From: Neoechinorhynchus agilis
Taxonomy: Eukaryota; Animalia; Acanthocephala
NCBI GenBank assembly: GCA_051530055.1
Contig: CM121341.1
Location: 18,702,784 to 18,766,783 of the forward strand
Length of the DNA: 64,000 bases
Direction of reading: 5' to 3'
Part shown: piece after piece, positions 20,708 to 31,253 of the stretch
How the letters are laid out: each line of letters starts with the position of its first letter
Position numbering within the stretch: the first letter of the stretch is position 1
Program-made: the position numbers and the translations under genes
The notes under the pieces: generated by a model
Databases searched by the model: none
Told to the model about the DNA's origin: nothing
What the model saw: only the letters and a program-made list of their open reading frames with translations

Positions 20708-23185
20708 TAAATCATGACAGAAAATTTAGAAGTAGGTGAGCTGGGCTTTTTCTGATGATTGAAGAAGTTGAGCGCCATGTATATGATATCCCCTTGCTGG
20801 AAATATTCCATTTAAAATTTTCTTAGTCAAAATAATAATGAGAGTTTACGAGAAGGCCCGGAAGGGTTGTTCTAGTGATAATTCTTCTATTACCATACCA
20901 AATAAGGTACAAAACCAATCTTACTTGAAGAGTACGCCTTCCAACTGGTTTACAAAAGGACTGCTGAATAAAGAAACAACAGAATTTTTTGTGTTAACTG
21001 CTATTTTAGTTGATAATTGTAAGAATGACCATCTTATAAAAGGAGTTCGTTTGTTTTGACGCGAACTTTCGTGTAATAAAAGATTGCTTGATACGATAAT
21101 AAGAGGGTCACAGAAAAAACCCATCAATCTTTACGAAGAAAGATTAAAAAGTATAACTTTAGATCCGCCTATAAAATTTGTTCCAGAGGTTGAAGACACT
21201 GAACTAGAAACAAATGAGATTATGCCTAAGAGTTGTTGTGATTGTACTGGATGGCACGAATTACTTTGATAAGGATGCTATCCTAGTGGAAAGTTTGGTA
21301 TTATTGAATGACAACGTTTTAGCTCATTTTGTAGGACAGTCATTTAACGATTTTATTTGAAATAATATCGTGCGAAAGGCAAAAAACTTTATGAAAACAG
21401 AAATTACGGCTCAAAAACGAGAGGAAAAGTTCTGACTAATACTTGATCTAAAAGCAACAAATTCGTGACAAATCCTCAAGGCCAAATATCACGAAATCGA
21501 TTGGCAAAATTTCACAAATATTTACACTAAAAATTATATGTGATTTATTGCTTCCAATGTGTATTACAAACAATATCGATCACCTAAATATTGATTGTTT
21601 TCTTACGACCATGTTGCGCAAAGCATTTATCCTAGGAATATTGGCGAACCCTCTAATCCATATTGGCCATTCCCGAATCTCCGACTACTCTCTTCATCAT
21701 TTTCAAACGCTACTGTCGCACATTTCAGTAAACAATGAATTTAAAAGGCGTCGGCAAAACAGATTCGTCTAAAAATGTACCAATAAAAACCGAAGCTCGT
21801 AAAAGTGGTACTAATAAAGACATTAGCGAGTTGGCACCACGGGATAAACATTTAAAATTTGCAAGTCGAAAGGTAAAGACAGAAACGTTTTACGATTCGA
21901 CGAAAAGATACATTGAAGTGTACAACGAAGAAGATGCGCAGCGAGTAATAGGAAAGCTCCGATTGTATTCAGAACAAGAAAATGCTGAAAAAATGAAGCA
22001 TTATCTTGAAATTGTAAAGAACTCGCGGCTTGTATACGATATAGCGATGGCGACCTGTGGAGTCAATTGGTTGAGAGATAAGTTTTACAAATACCTGTTT
22101 GTCTGCTACGAGTTACCTGATTGGCTTAACGATAGTGAAATTCCAGAGCAATTGTCCGTTGTTAAGATTCCAGATGCTCGAGAGTCTTATATTGCGGACA
22201 TTGATCCGACGGCAAGACCTGCTGAGCGTACGTTGAAAAGAATTTCGGCTCGCGAGTACATAAAGCTTGCACAAATTAAGTGCCCGATTGAAACTTCAAC
22301 TTCTTTTAAAGATCCATATGAGGACGATGACTGCGAAATCTACAATATTGATCAAGTTAGAAAGAAACCTTCTCAGGATTTCATAAAAGATATAGAAGAG
22401 AAACTAACAAGGATTGACGTGGAAAAAATTCAACCATTTAGATTTATTGATATTCTAAGGCAAAAGAAAGATCTATCGTATGGAGATAAACTCTTCATTC
22501 GGGAGTATGATCGAAGACAAAAGGAGGCTGAAAAGGAAAGGCTGCTTAAAGAGAACGATAGGTTCATAATGGAATGCACCATTCGAAAATATAAATACGA
22601 TGCCAATGGTGTCAATGCAAGAGAGCTCGATCCAAGAGTTGCGGAGGAGAAGCAAAACTTCGACAATTTTACGAATAATGTGAAGACGTATATCTACGAC
22701 GGTGGATTCCCGATAACAAGAATAATCGAATATATGACCGACTTTTGCGATTTATCTGAGATGCTGACATTTGAGAACAACAACCCAAATTTGGAAAAAG
22801 ACCTCCAGCTCTTGTGGAAACGGAGATGCAAACTAGATTACGATATGGAGATGCCAACAAAGGGCAATTGTTGGAAAGCGACCTATATTAACCACTGGCG
22901 CTTCTTACATTCAACTAACGAAAATTAATCCGTTGATGCTCCCATAATTGTCTGTGGCGGCGAAAAGGGTTATTATATTAATTCTTTTCTAGGTGCCACT
23001 GATTCCAAGAAAATGAGGGGTTCAAATAAATAGTGATTTGCCTTAATCACTAGTAAGATTCGATTGTGAAAATAATCAAGCTCCAAATAAAATTAGTTAT
23101 ATAGTTACTGACTTAGAATTATGATATGAGAAAAGGTATTATAAAGTAGGTAGAATATCATCTTTTGACTAGAGCCTTGCGGTTG
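20708..23185 (+). repeat. ~2.48-kb duplicated segment, copy 2
   Basis: Near-identical to 9207-11664, with an extra stretch of about 22 nt near its 5' end. Confidence 0.95.
21735..22928 (+). CDS. Intronless 397-aa Elongin A-like protein (copy 2)
   Basis: Translation identical to copy 1 except NDRLIMEC -> NDRFIMEC. Confidence 0.65.
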   Translation: MNLKGVGKTDSSKNVPIKTEARKSGTNKDISELAPRDKHLKFASRKVKTETFYDSTKRYIEVYNEEDAQRVIGKLRLYSEQENAEKMKHYLEIVKNSRLVYDIAMATCGVNWLRDKFYKYLFVCYELPDWLNDSEIPEQLSVVKIPDARESYIADIDPTARPAERTLKRISAREYIKLAQIKCPIETSTSFKDPYEDDDCEIYNIDQVRKKPSQDFIKDIEEKLTRIDVEKIQPFRFIDILRQKKDLSYGDKLFIREYDRRQKEAEKERLLKENDRFIMECTIRKYKYDANGVNARELDPRVAEEKQNFDNFTNNVKTYIYDGGFPITRIIEYMTDFCDLSEMLTFENNNPNLEKDLQLLWKRRCKLDYDMEMPTKGNCWKATYINHWRFLHSTNEN

Positions 23186-24549
23186 GCTATCGATTTTACC
23201 GGGAATCATAAACAAGTGTTTCAGATTTAGTTATCGACGACAATAACATGAGGGTATTAATGCCTCTAAAGGATATATGATCCCAATTCGTTTGTTAAAA
23301 TATTACTAAATTTTTTGCATATTTTACCTATAATGATGTATTTTATGCTTCATTTAAGTAAGCGAAATCGTCTTTTTCCCTCAACCGAAGGGAAGCTTTG
23401 GGACTACACGAACTTGCGATTTAATTTTTTTATCTTCCAAGCAAATTAACTCAACTGCAAGATTTATGTGCTCTCGTTTCGCGGACTCCGTACAAACCGA
23501 CCGATTTGGTTGCACACTAATATAATAATCTAATAAAAGAGACCATTGTTAATGTAATAGATCACGAGGTCAAAACTTTGTTAACCCTTTCGGTAGAAAT
23601 ATAATTTAGAGATAGCGCTCTTACTGAGTACAAATATTAACAAGCCTAAATAAGTGTAAAGTTATATAACTGTAACGGATAGACTAATATCTAAGCTCAC
23701 CCTGAAATATATATTACAAATCAATCCCATTAGAGAATCCTAACGGAAGCTATTCCGTGCGAAAAGGAAGTACTTAGAAGTGAAGAGTTGGTGGGAATCA
23801 AAAAATGTAAAGAGAATAAATTTAACGCTTCAAAGCGGCAGACAAAGCTTCCAAAGGGGATTCCAAGAAACAGGAAACAGTTTTACAGAAATCGGCTAAT
23901 AAAGCACCCACGGAGGAGAATGCAGTTTTTGCAGATTCCACCAGTATGTCAAACTCAAACGAAGATTTATTGGGAATGGGCAGGTTTCAAAAGACTTCGA
24001 ATACTTCAGCGATTGTTAGGGACTTGGTGCCGCCCTCGGAGTATATGCAGTCGGGAGTACTTAATGATCTTTAAAGTATTATGGAGGAGTATGACTTGAC
24101 CCAAATGACAACCAACAACCGAATCAACCAAAGGACTAAGGCGTCCCCTATATGCGACGCGCAAGTTCTTCGCCCGAAGCTTGTGTTAAATCATCAATAA
24201 AGTTTCGAAGTGCGAAGCAGATCACATACTGCGCAGCACGAAGAGACTTGAAATAACGGGAAATCGCCGACGAGGAAGGCCGAGGAAACAATGGGTGGAT
24301 TGCATCAAACCGGATAAATTGGTTGTCGAGGGAACTGCAACATCTCGAGATAGAGAAAAATGCGTTAGAAGAAGATGACATTAAGATTTTGATAAAAGGT
24401 AGCGATAGAAAAAGCGGTTCACCTCCAGCAATTACTAAATTAGCTAAGGTTGCACAAAAGGTCGAAGAAACATCTGAACGAGTAGGAAGAAGAGCAAAAG
24501 GAGAAGCAAATAACTATAAGGAAATGAAATCGACCTCAGTCGTGGTACG

Positions 24550-26660
24550 TCTTCTCCCTCTGCCAACAATTCCTTACCGGTGTGAACACTACCCGTCGTG
24601 TGATACCCTCCTTCTTCAAGTATATAAATCGCAATATTTTTATGACTTGTATACGGCTATCCAATGTTGCCAACATTTTCGCCTCCGACGCTCACCAGTG
24701 CCACAATATTCTTAGTATCACTCAGCTGCCTACTCAAAACTCGTTCTTATGGTTGTCAGTCACTTACCCAAACACTAAATTTTATATTCGCTCCCGGACT
24801 TCTCCCTTTGGGATAATCAGTCCTTCGAGATCGAAAACTTGTATCGATTCCTCCCTTACCTTATCATGCACGACAATCAAGGCAACCTCAACCAATCGCT
24901 ACCATACTCTTTGCCTCTCAGAATTCATCGAAATCCACTTCTTAGCTAGAATTCGCATGATGTCGCTCATAAAATCCGCAAATTCACACCATTTCCTCAT
25001 CGCAAGGGAATTCAGTGAACTATTTCCTCTTTCATCCTTCTCCGAGGTGCGTCAACTTATTGACTTCGCAACACGTCTTCACACTCGCCCGGCAAAGTAT
25101 TCACTATCATCGACACCTACTCATCCGCCTCTAAACACCATCCCCCGCAAACTCTGACCACTCTTCTGTCCTTATCACTCCCTCCACCTAACCTCAACGT
25201 CAAGAATCACTTCGCTAAATGGGGTCTTTGGCGGTCTTCCCTAACCTCAATCATAAAATATTCTCTGACTTCGACAAAAATCAAAGAAATTCATTCGAAT
25301 ATCCAACGGTGACCACCATAATCGAACTCTTACACCAGCCAACCCCCGTAAAACTACATCCCCCTTCAAGCTCTTTAAAACAGCCATTTCCCTCTATTCT
25401 TTTCAATGATATAAGAAGTCTGTTACCAAAAATAGATCAACTTTCACTTTTTTGCCACTACCACCAACGCAGACATTTTGCTCATTGTGGAAACATTACT
25501 GCACTCCTTCAATTCCGACACCGCCTTGATCCCTGCCAACACCTCCTTCCACTCGTACAGACGAACGCGCGGGAGATGGAGTCTTTGTTTTCATTGGGCC
25601 CGACTTCCCTCTATCCCTCAATTCCTTACCAATCCCCATATTTAGAGTACATCTACATATTGCTCTCTCTAACTTCGATCAGGCAGCCGAAATTTAACCA
25701 TTATCGGTATCTATCGTCCTCCCACAGCTGATCTACAAATGGCATCACAGGATATTGATGCGCTGATAGCAAATCTTCACTCTCTTGGTCTTGAACATCT
25801 AATCATTCTTGGTGATTTCAATAATCTTCCTACATCACTATATCTCCTTGACTTCGTCCATTTAGTAAAATTTCCCAGCCGCCAAAACTCACATCTCGAT
25901 AAAATCTTTACTAACATCTACAAATATAAGGATGCTAAAAAACTACCTCCGATCTCATCCTCAGACCATTGCGCAATAATCCTTCCTCCCTCCGCTCCTC
26001 CCCAACGTGTGCGATCATCCCCCTTTACGGTCTGGAATAAGGAAGATCAACACATTTTGGCATTTATCGAATTAGTCTCGCGTAATCTTTCTTCACACAG
26101 AAAATCTATTTTTCACCCCAACCCCATGGAGACTGTTTTCTCTAACTAATACACTCTCCTCTTGCATGACTGCAGCTATTGCTAGGAAACCCATTAGCCT
26201 TTCCAACCGAGACCCACCTTGGATGTCCCCTTTCTTGAAAATGCTCCAAATAAAGGTAATTAAAGCATACCACGCATGCAATCCTGATTTCCACCGCCTT
26301 CAATCCTCTCTTACCCATTAGATTCTCAACTCGTGCAAGACCTTTCTTGCTCATAAACTCACCTCCTCTCCCACTCACCTCTGGTGGAAAAACACGAAAA
26401 GTGCCCTATGCATAGAAAGACAAAAACCCTTCTCCGAACTCCTTGCTGCACTAAACTCTATCAATGCGCATATTTGTGACTCTCATTCGAACAAAAACAA
26501 ACTATCATCTCCTTCCAGAACTATGCCATCGTATTCCTCGCACAGCGCTCTTTCTCCGCTCTTTCTTCCCCGCGGCTCAATTCTCCAAATGCGAATTGAT
26601 TCGAAGGAAAGAACCCAAGGCAACATCAACTAGCAACTGACATTCCCCTATTTGAACAAT
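24550..26660 (+). mobile_element. Degraded CR1-superfamily LINE (same family as 3400-5950)
   Basis: FNDIRSLLPKIDQL, IILGDFNNLP, HLDKIFTN, SDHCAII, ISNRDPPW. A further piece lies at about 27490-27670. Confidence 0.75.
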
Positions 26661-26697
26661 TAAACGTGTTATTCTTTTACTCCCAATATTATCAGAT

Positions 26698-26906
26698 ATT
26701 ACACTTTCGGTGAGAATAATCCCGGTCATTACATATTTTATTTACTCGAAATATTTCGCGAGGTATCCTCGCCTCTTCAGTCATTGTTAAAGTGTTATAT
26801 TCGCCGAATCACTTTTACAATGACTGAAGAGGCGAGGATACCTCGCGAAATATTTCGAATAAATAAAATATGTAATGACCGGGATTATTCTCACCGAAAG
26901 TGTAAT
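26698..26906. repeat. Fold-back inverted repeat (~97-bp arms) with a type I hammerhead in each arm
   Basis: Arms 26698-26794 and 26810-26906. Plus-strand HHR tga-CTGAAGA-g-gcgagg/ata/cctcgc-GAAA-TAT-T-tcg at 26821-26858; antisense copy at about 26747-26783. Confidence 0.88.
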
Positions 26907-27143
26907 TTTATTATCCCGAAGGACTTTCTATCGATGATTATTAGATATTATAACTGGAAATGAACAGACCAACTTTCACACCCGATCGGACGCGCAGTCC
27001 ACTCCAAAATCAATCGCCGCACTATTTTAACCGATTATGTGGTTTGAGTGTTCGCGAGGCCTACTTTGAAGAATAAAACGTGTTATTATATATACGGCCA
27101 ATCGCAATCAATCTCCTGACTTTCGCCGTTTGTATAAAGTAAT

Positions 27144-27334
27144 ATTTGTTTTGTGCGGACACCCAGACGTTTTTTATTATGCAAATTTTCGGAGAGCAAA
27201 GTCTCCCTCTTCAGGCTTTTGGTCATTGTTTGCAAGTTTTTTCTGCAAACAATGACCAAAAGCCTGAAGAGGGAGACTTTGCTCTCCGAAAATTTGCATA
27301 ATAAAAAACGTCTGGGTGTCCGCACAAAACAAAT
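27144..27334. repeat. Fold-back inverted repeat (91-bp arms) with a type I hammerhead in each arm
   Basis: Arms 27144-27234 and 27244-27334. HHR gc-CTGAAGA-g-ggaga/ctttgc/tctcc-GAAA-AT-T-T-gc at 27262-27297. Confidence 0.88.
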
Positions 27335-27669
27335 CTCGTTTCACCCAACAGTAATAATGAATAAAGTAATATATTTGAAGGTTGAATTATTCATGTTTGT
27401 TTATGGCAGAAATATTGAAGGATTTTTTATCTCACAAAATATTTGTTGCCCACAAAAACCTTCTTTCCTCCAAAATTCCTTCATGTGACAATTTAGCTTG
27501 GTGGCGGGACGTTATAGATTCTCTTTATCTACGCAACCCCGATCCCTTCCCAATATTGTCTTATTCTGAACTGAAACATGTCCTACCCACAACTGACATT
27601 TCTGTTAACTCTCCAATACTCTCGTTAGTTTCATCATATGAAGTTCTCTAACATCTCAAGAAATTACCT

Positions 27670-28980
27670 TGACAACACTGGCAAATTTGTTTGTGATCGA
27701 ACGAAGCGCAGATCAGTGGATGATGTCGACATTACTAAGCGATCGGATTACTTATGAGTTGGCAGAGAAGGATGATAATGAGGAATGCCGTATATAAATG
27801 AATTCCGCTCTTCGCACTGTAATTGCTAGACGCTAATTTAGAGGGTTTAGCGCCTACATTCGAGGACCATTGCTTTTTCTCCAGTAATGACCAATGATCA
27901 AGAAGCATAAGATGCCCACGGTTCGCATCATAGGGATAACTGGATTATTGCTGAAGTGCATGCCGATCATTTCCGCGGTGGATGTCCCTGGGTATCGGGT
28001 CTCAAAGCTGTTATCTATGACCTATGTACAAAATGCAGAGGGACTGATTGAATCCCTGCATTCCCGGCGAGAGAATTTAAATAACTGTCGATTAATATCT
28101 TTTAATTTTGAGCCTTATACACAAATGTCGACGACGATGCGGCTTCAAGAGCTATGGAGAAGAGATTGCTGAAGACGAAAGTAGAGCTCAACCTTCATGG
28201 TTTTGAGATAGCGGATGTTATATAGCTCATACCCTTGATCCTCGAATGCAATCTCTTCAGGTATGGAAATAGGTTCTATTGGTAAGTCCGAAGATTGGCT
28301 ATGGGGAACAGCAGCCTTGCTCCAGTGTTGACCATTTTGTTCCTGGACGGTCTGGAGAGGCAGCACATTTTTCCACACATCGCTGAAAAGCGGATTTACC
28401 TGAGGTATTTAGACTACGTGCTGAAGTGAATGAATTGGAACAGCGGCTCAATACAATGGACACACCCGGGCGGTTATGAGTGACGAGGGACAACCCGGCG
28501 GCTACTTACCCCTCCTCAGCTTGTGATTAAAGGCCGGCGATGCAACCATATTTAATTGGTACCGTAAGCCTTACAAGCAAGCCATAGTCATGCATCGAGA
28601 AGATCATCATCTTTGGGCGATGAGCGATCTATACTGCGATGCATAGGACGGCAAGGATTCGCTTATCTTCGCCGGAGGCTATAAGAACCGCTGTTGAGTT
28701 TTTAAACAGAATATTCGCTCAAAACGGCTATGGGAATCGGGAAATTAAGAGGCTTCAACGCCGAGCAGGATCAGTTGGCGGACGCTCGAAGAAGAAGAAA
28801 AATAATTGTGATTCCTTACCGATATTCATTATTTCATTTATTAGCGAGTAAGTTACGAGCGACATCACGAGGCTCCTAAAAGAGGCAGATCTGAAGGTTC
28901 GATTTATCCACTGGAGTGGTCCAACATTACGCCGAATCCTAACAAGAACAACCCACTACCAGGAAGCGCTATCATGCCTC
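27670..28980 (+). mobile_element. Penelope-like element RT remnant
   Basis: Frameshifted PLE RT motifs: PIISAVDVPGYRVSKLL, LAMGNS.LAPVLTILFL, YLRYLD. Confidence 0.65.
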
Positions 28981-29799
28981 ATGTGCAAACATACTGGTGG
29001 TAATGTCCAAGGTCGGACGACTCCGGAAAGGCCACTTTGCACGAGGTGTCGTCTATGCGACAACCTGTGCTCCACTAGCATGATCTTTTTGAAATAACGC
29101 TGCTATTTTAAAACTCACGTTTCCACCGATGAATCCCAACATTCATGCTTTAAGATATGAGTTTAATGGATGAAACTAAAGGAAATCTACTTCTATCTAA
29201 GACTTGAACTTTTGACCTCTTTAAAAAAGCGTTAGATTCGACTCGGGCTCTACATTCATGGCCCGCACAGCCCCAAATGTCGCTTTAATAGGTAATCCAA
29301 CACCATAGTTCAAGGAAACCGATATGTCGTGATAATCTCCTCCATCAGCACGGACCTGATTATCATTAACGCATGTTATAAAATATCTAAGCCGATGAAC
29401 ATACCCGGATGATGAGTACCATACTATTGGTGGCTGGTATTATCAAGTACCGGACGGCAGTTAAATTGCAGCAGTCAGTAATACTGAGTGCATTGCAGAT
29501 TTCATCCTTAAGAGATATAACGATGGATTGAATTATTGAGTTAGTGATCTTATTGTTGGCCATAATGAGATGAACGATAGTAGATACCTAAGGAAAGAAA
29601 ATCGCTTTGCTATATTCCCTTGTGCAAAGCAGCAAACAGTCAATAAATCTTATTGAACATCAACCGAACTGTTTTATAAACATTTGAGCAAACATAGATC
29701 TTTATCCTCGGCTCGATGTGCATCAATGAATCAAATGTTTGAGTGTGAAAGTGTACTATTTATATATTGAAACAGTCTCGACCAAATCTTACCAACAGT

Positions 29800-29872
29800 C
29801 ACACCACCGCTCTGGATCCCTTAGCTGCCGTCCTGGTGTAATGTTCGAAAGAACGGATGCAGCGTTCCCCCG
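29800..29872 (-). mobile_element. Extreme 3' fragment of a CRE-like LINE
   Basis: The reverse complement encodes GNAASVL; same sequence as 40795-40865 and 54745-54812. Confidence 0.7.
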
Positions 29873-29904
29873 TAGTCATATTCAAAATAAGTTAGATTTT
29901 GCGA

Positions 29905-30375
29905 CACTTATATAGACACGTTTTATTGATTAAGGAAAACGATCCATACACTTGCTAACATCTATCTTTGCTGAAGGTGTCTGGATGTCGGATGTTGAAG
30001 GCAAGGAAGGTGGGACTTGTCTTTGAAGGATTTTTAATGTATGTGAATGTGGGGAAAGATTATATATCCAAGATGACTTTTATTGAAATATTTCGTCCAA
30101 TCACGCTGGACTTCAGTCAATTATTGCTTGTAAGTTTTTAAATAGCAATAATTGACTGAAGAAGTCCAGCGTGATTGGACGAAATATTTCAATAAAAGTC
30201 ATCTTGGAGTTTTAATGTGCGATCGGAAGCTTTGTACAGGAGATGACCGATTGGGAGTCTTTCCTTGTTCTCCGGTTGTTAAGGAAAGATTGGGCTTGGG
30301 GGAAGAAAGATTTTTAGAAGAGGGTGGTACGAGCGAGGGGGGATGAAAAAGGTTGGGGTTACGGAAAGGTTGGGG
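29905..30375 (-). mobile_element. 3' fragment of the CR1-type LINE, interrupted by a fold-back
   Basis: Matches the reverse complement of about 5660-5950 on both sides of the insert. Confidence 0.75.
30067..30208. repeat. Fold-back inverted repeat with an intact type I hammerhead in the right arm
   Basis: Arms 30067-30128 and 30144-30208. HHR ttga-CTGAAGA-a-gtcca/gcgtgat/tggac-GAAA-TAT-T-tcaa at 30152-30192. The left-arm copy has a 3-nt core deletion. Confidence 0.88.
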
Positions 30376-30759
30376 ATCCTGAAGATGAACGCAGTTCAAG
30401 CTTCGAAAATTAACAATGAAAAACAAAACTCATGCTCGACTTTAAATGGATAATTGGGCGGACTGTTGTAGTGATGGAGAAGCAAAAAATCAATATCCTC
30501 TAGCTTTCGCCGTCTTACGACTTCCTAGGGCGCATTTCCCCTTGTATTCGTTATAAAATTTCAAGGACGTTACCATGCTTAATTTGGTCGATATTGCGCT
30601 TTAAAATATTCGAAGTCCATGTTAGTCCTATAATGCGGACCATTCAGTCATCGTCAGTTTTTGAAACAAAACCCATTAAGACAATTTCATAATCCACAAA
30701 GAATAGAACCCATGTACCTTTCGGTCCCAATAAAAACTCGAGTTCTGATTTGTTCAATG

Positions 30760-31180
30760 AATGCGGTTGTTGATTTTTGGAGTGTAAGTATGTTTCCAAC
30801 CTACCGTGTGTGCAATTCTGGTACAGATACGTAGATGTTACTTTTATTCTTAGTCGACAAATTCACAGAGACGGAAAAGTTCTGCTCCATGTTGAATTGA
30901 AAGCTCAGTAACATTCAATGGACCGTCAACTCGGAGAATCACAATGTGATCCCTTTTTGGACGCTTTAATAACGCGACAAGAAGTAGAGTTTGCATCCAC
31001 TGTATACAGGAAGATTGGTATACAGAGGAACATTGGCTTCACCGCCATCGCAATAGCACCCATTAAGTATAAAATGGTCAGGATTAAGTCGCTGTTTGAT
31101 CTTTCCAACAACTATAGCTCCAACCAGGATTCCCTCATCAATGATTTAGCCTTCTATGGAAGGAAAGCAGTGTCCTAGGA
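30760..31180 (+). mobile_element. Penelope-like RT C-terminal fragment
   Basis: WYRYVD, PFLDALITR, TVYRK, YKMVRIKSL motifs across frameshifts. Confidence 0.6.
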
Positions 31181-31253
31181 GCCAAGACGAAGGGTTGTCA
31201 TAAGCGCATCATTCTTCGATGATGAGTAATGTACTGACAGGAAATCTTTTTTC

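Noticed and set aside
29800-29872. Recurrent ~70-bp motif (also at 40795, 51714, 54745) with CTG.TGT..GAAAG, considered as a ribozyme
   Set aside because: It encodes GNAASVL, the conserved end of the CRE nuclease ORF, so these are 5'-truncated LINE ends. The core positions vary freely.
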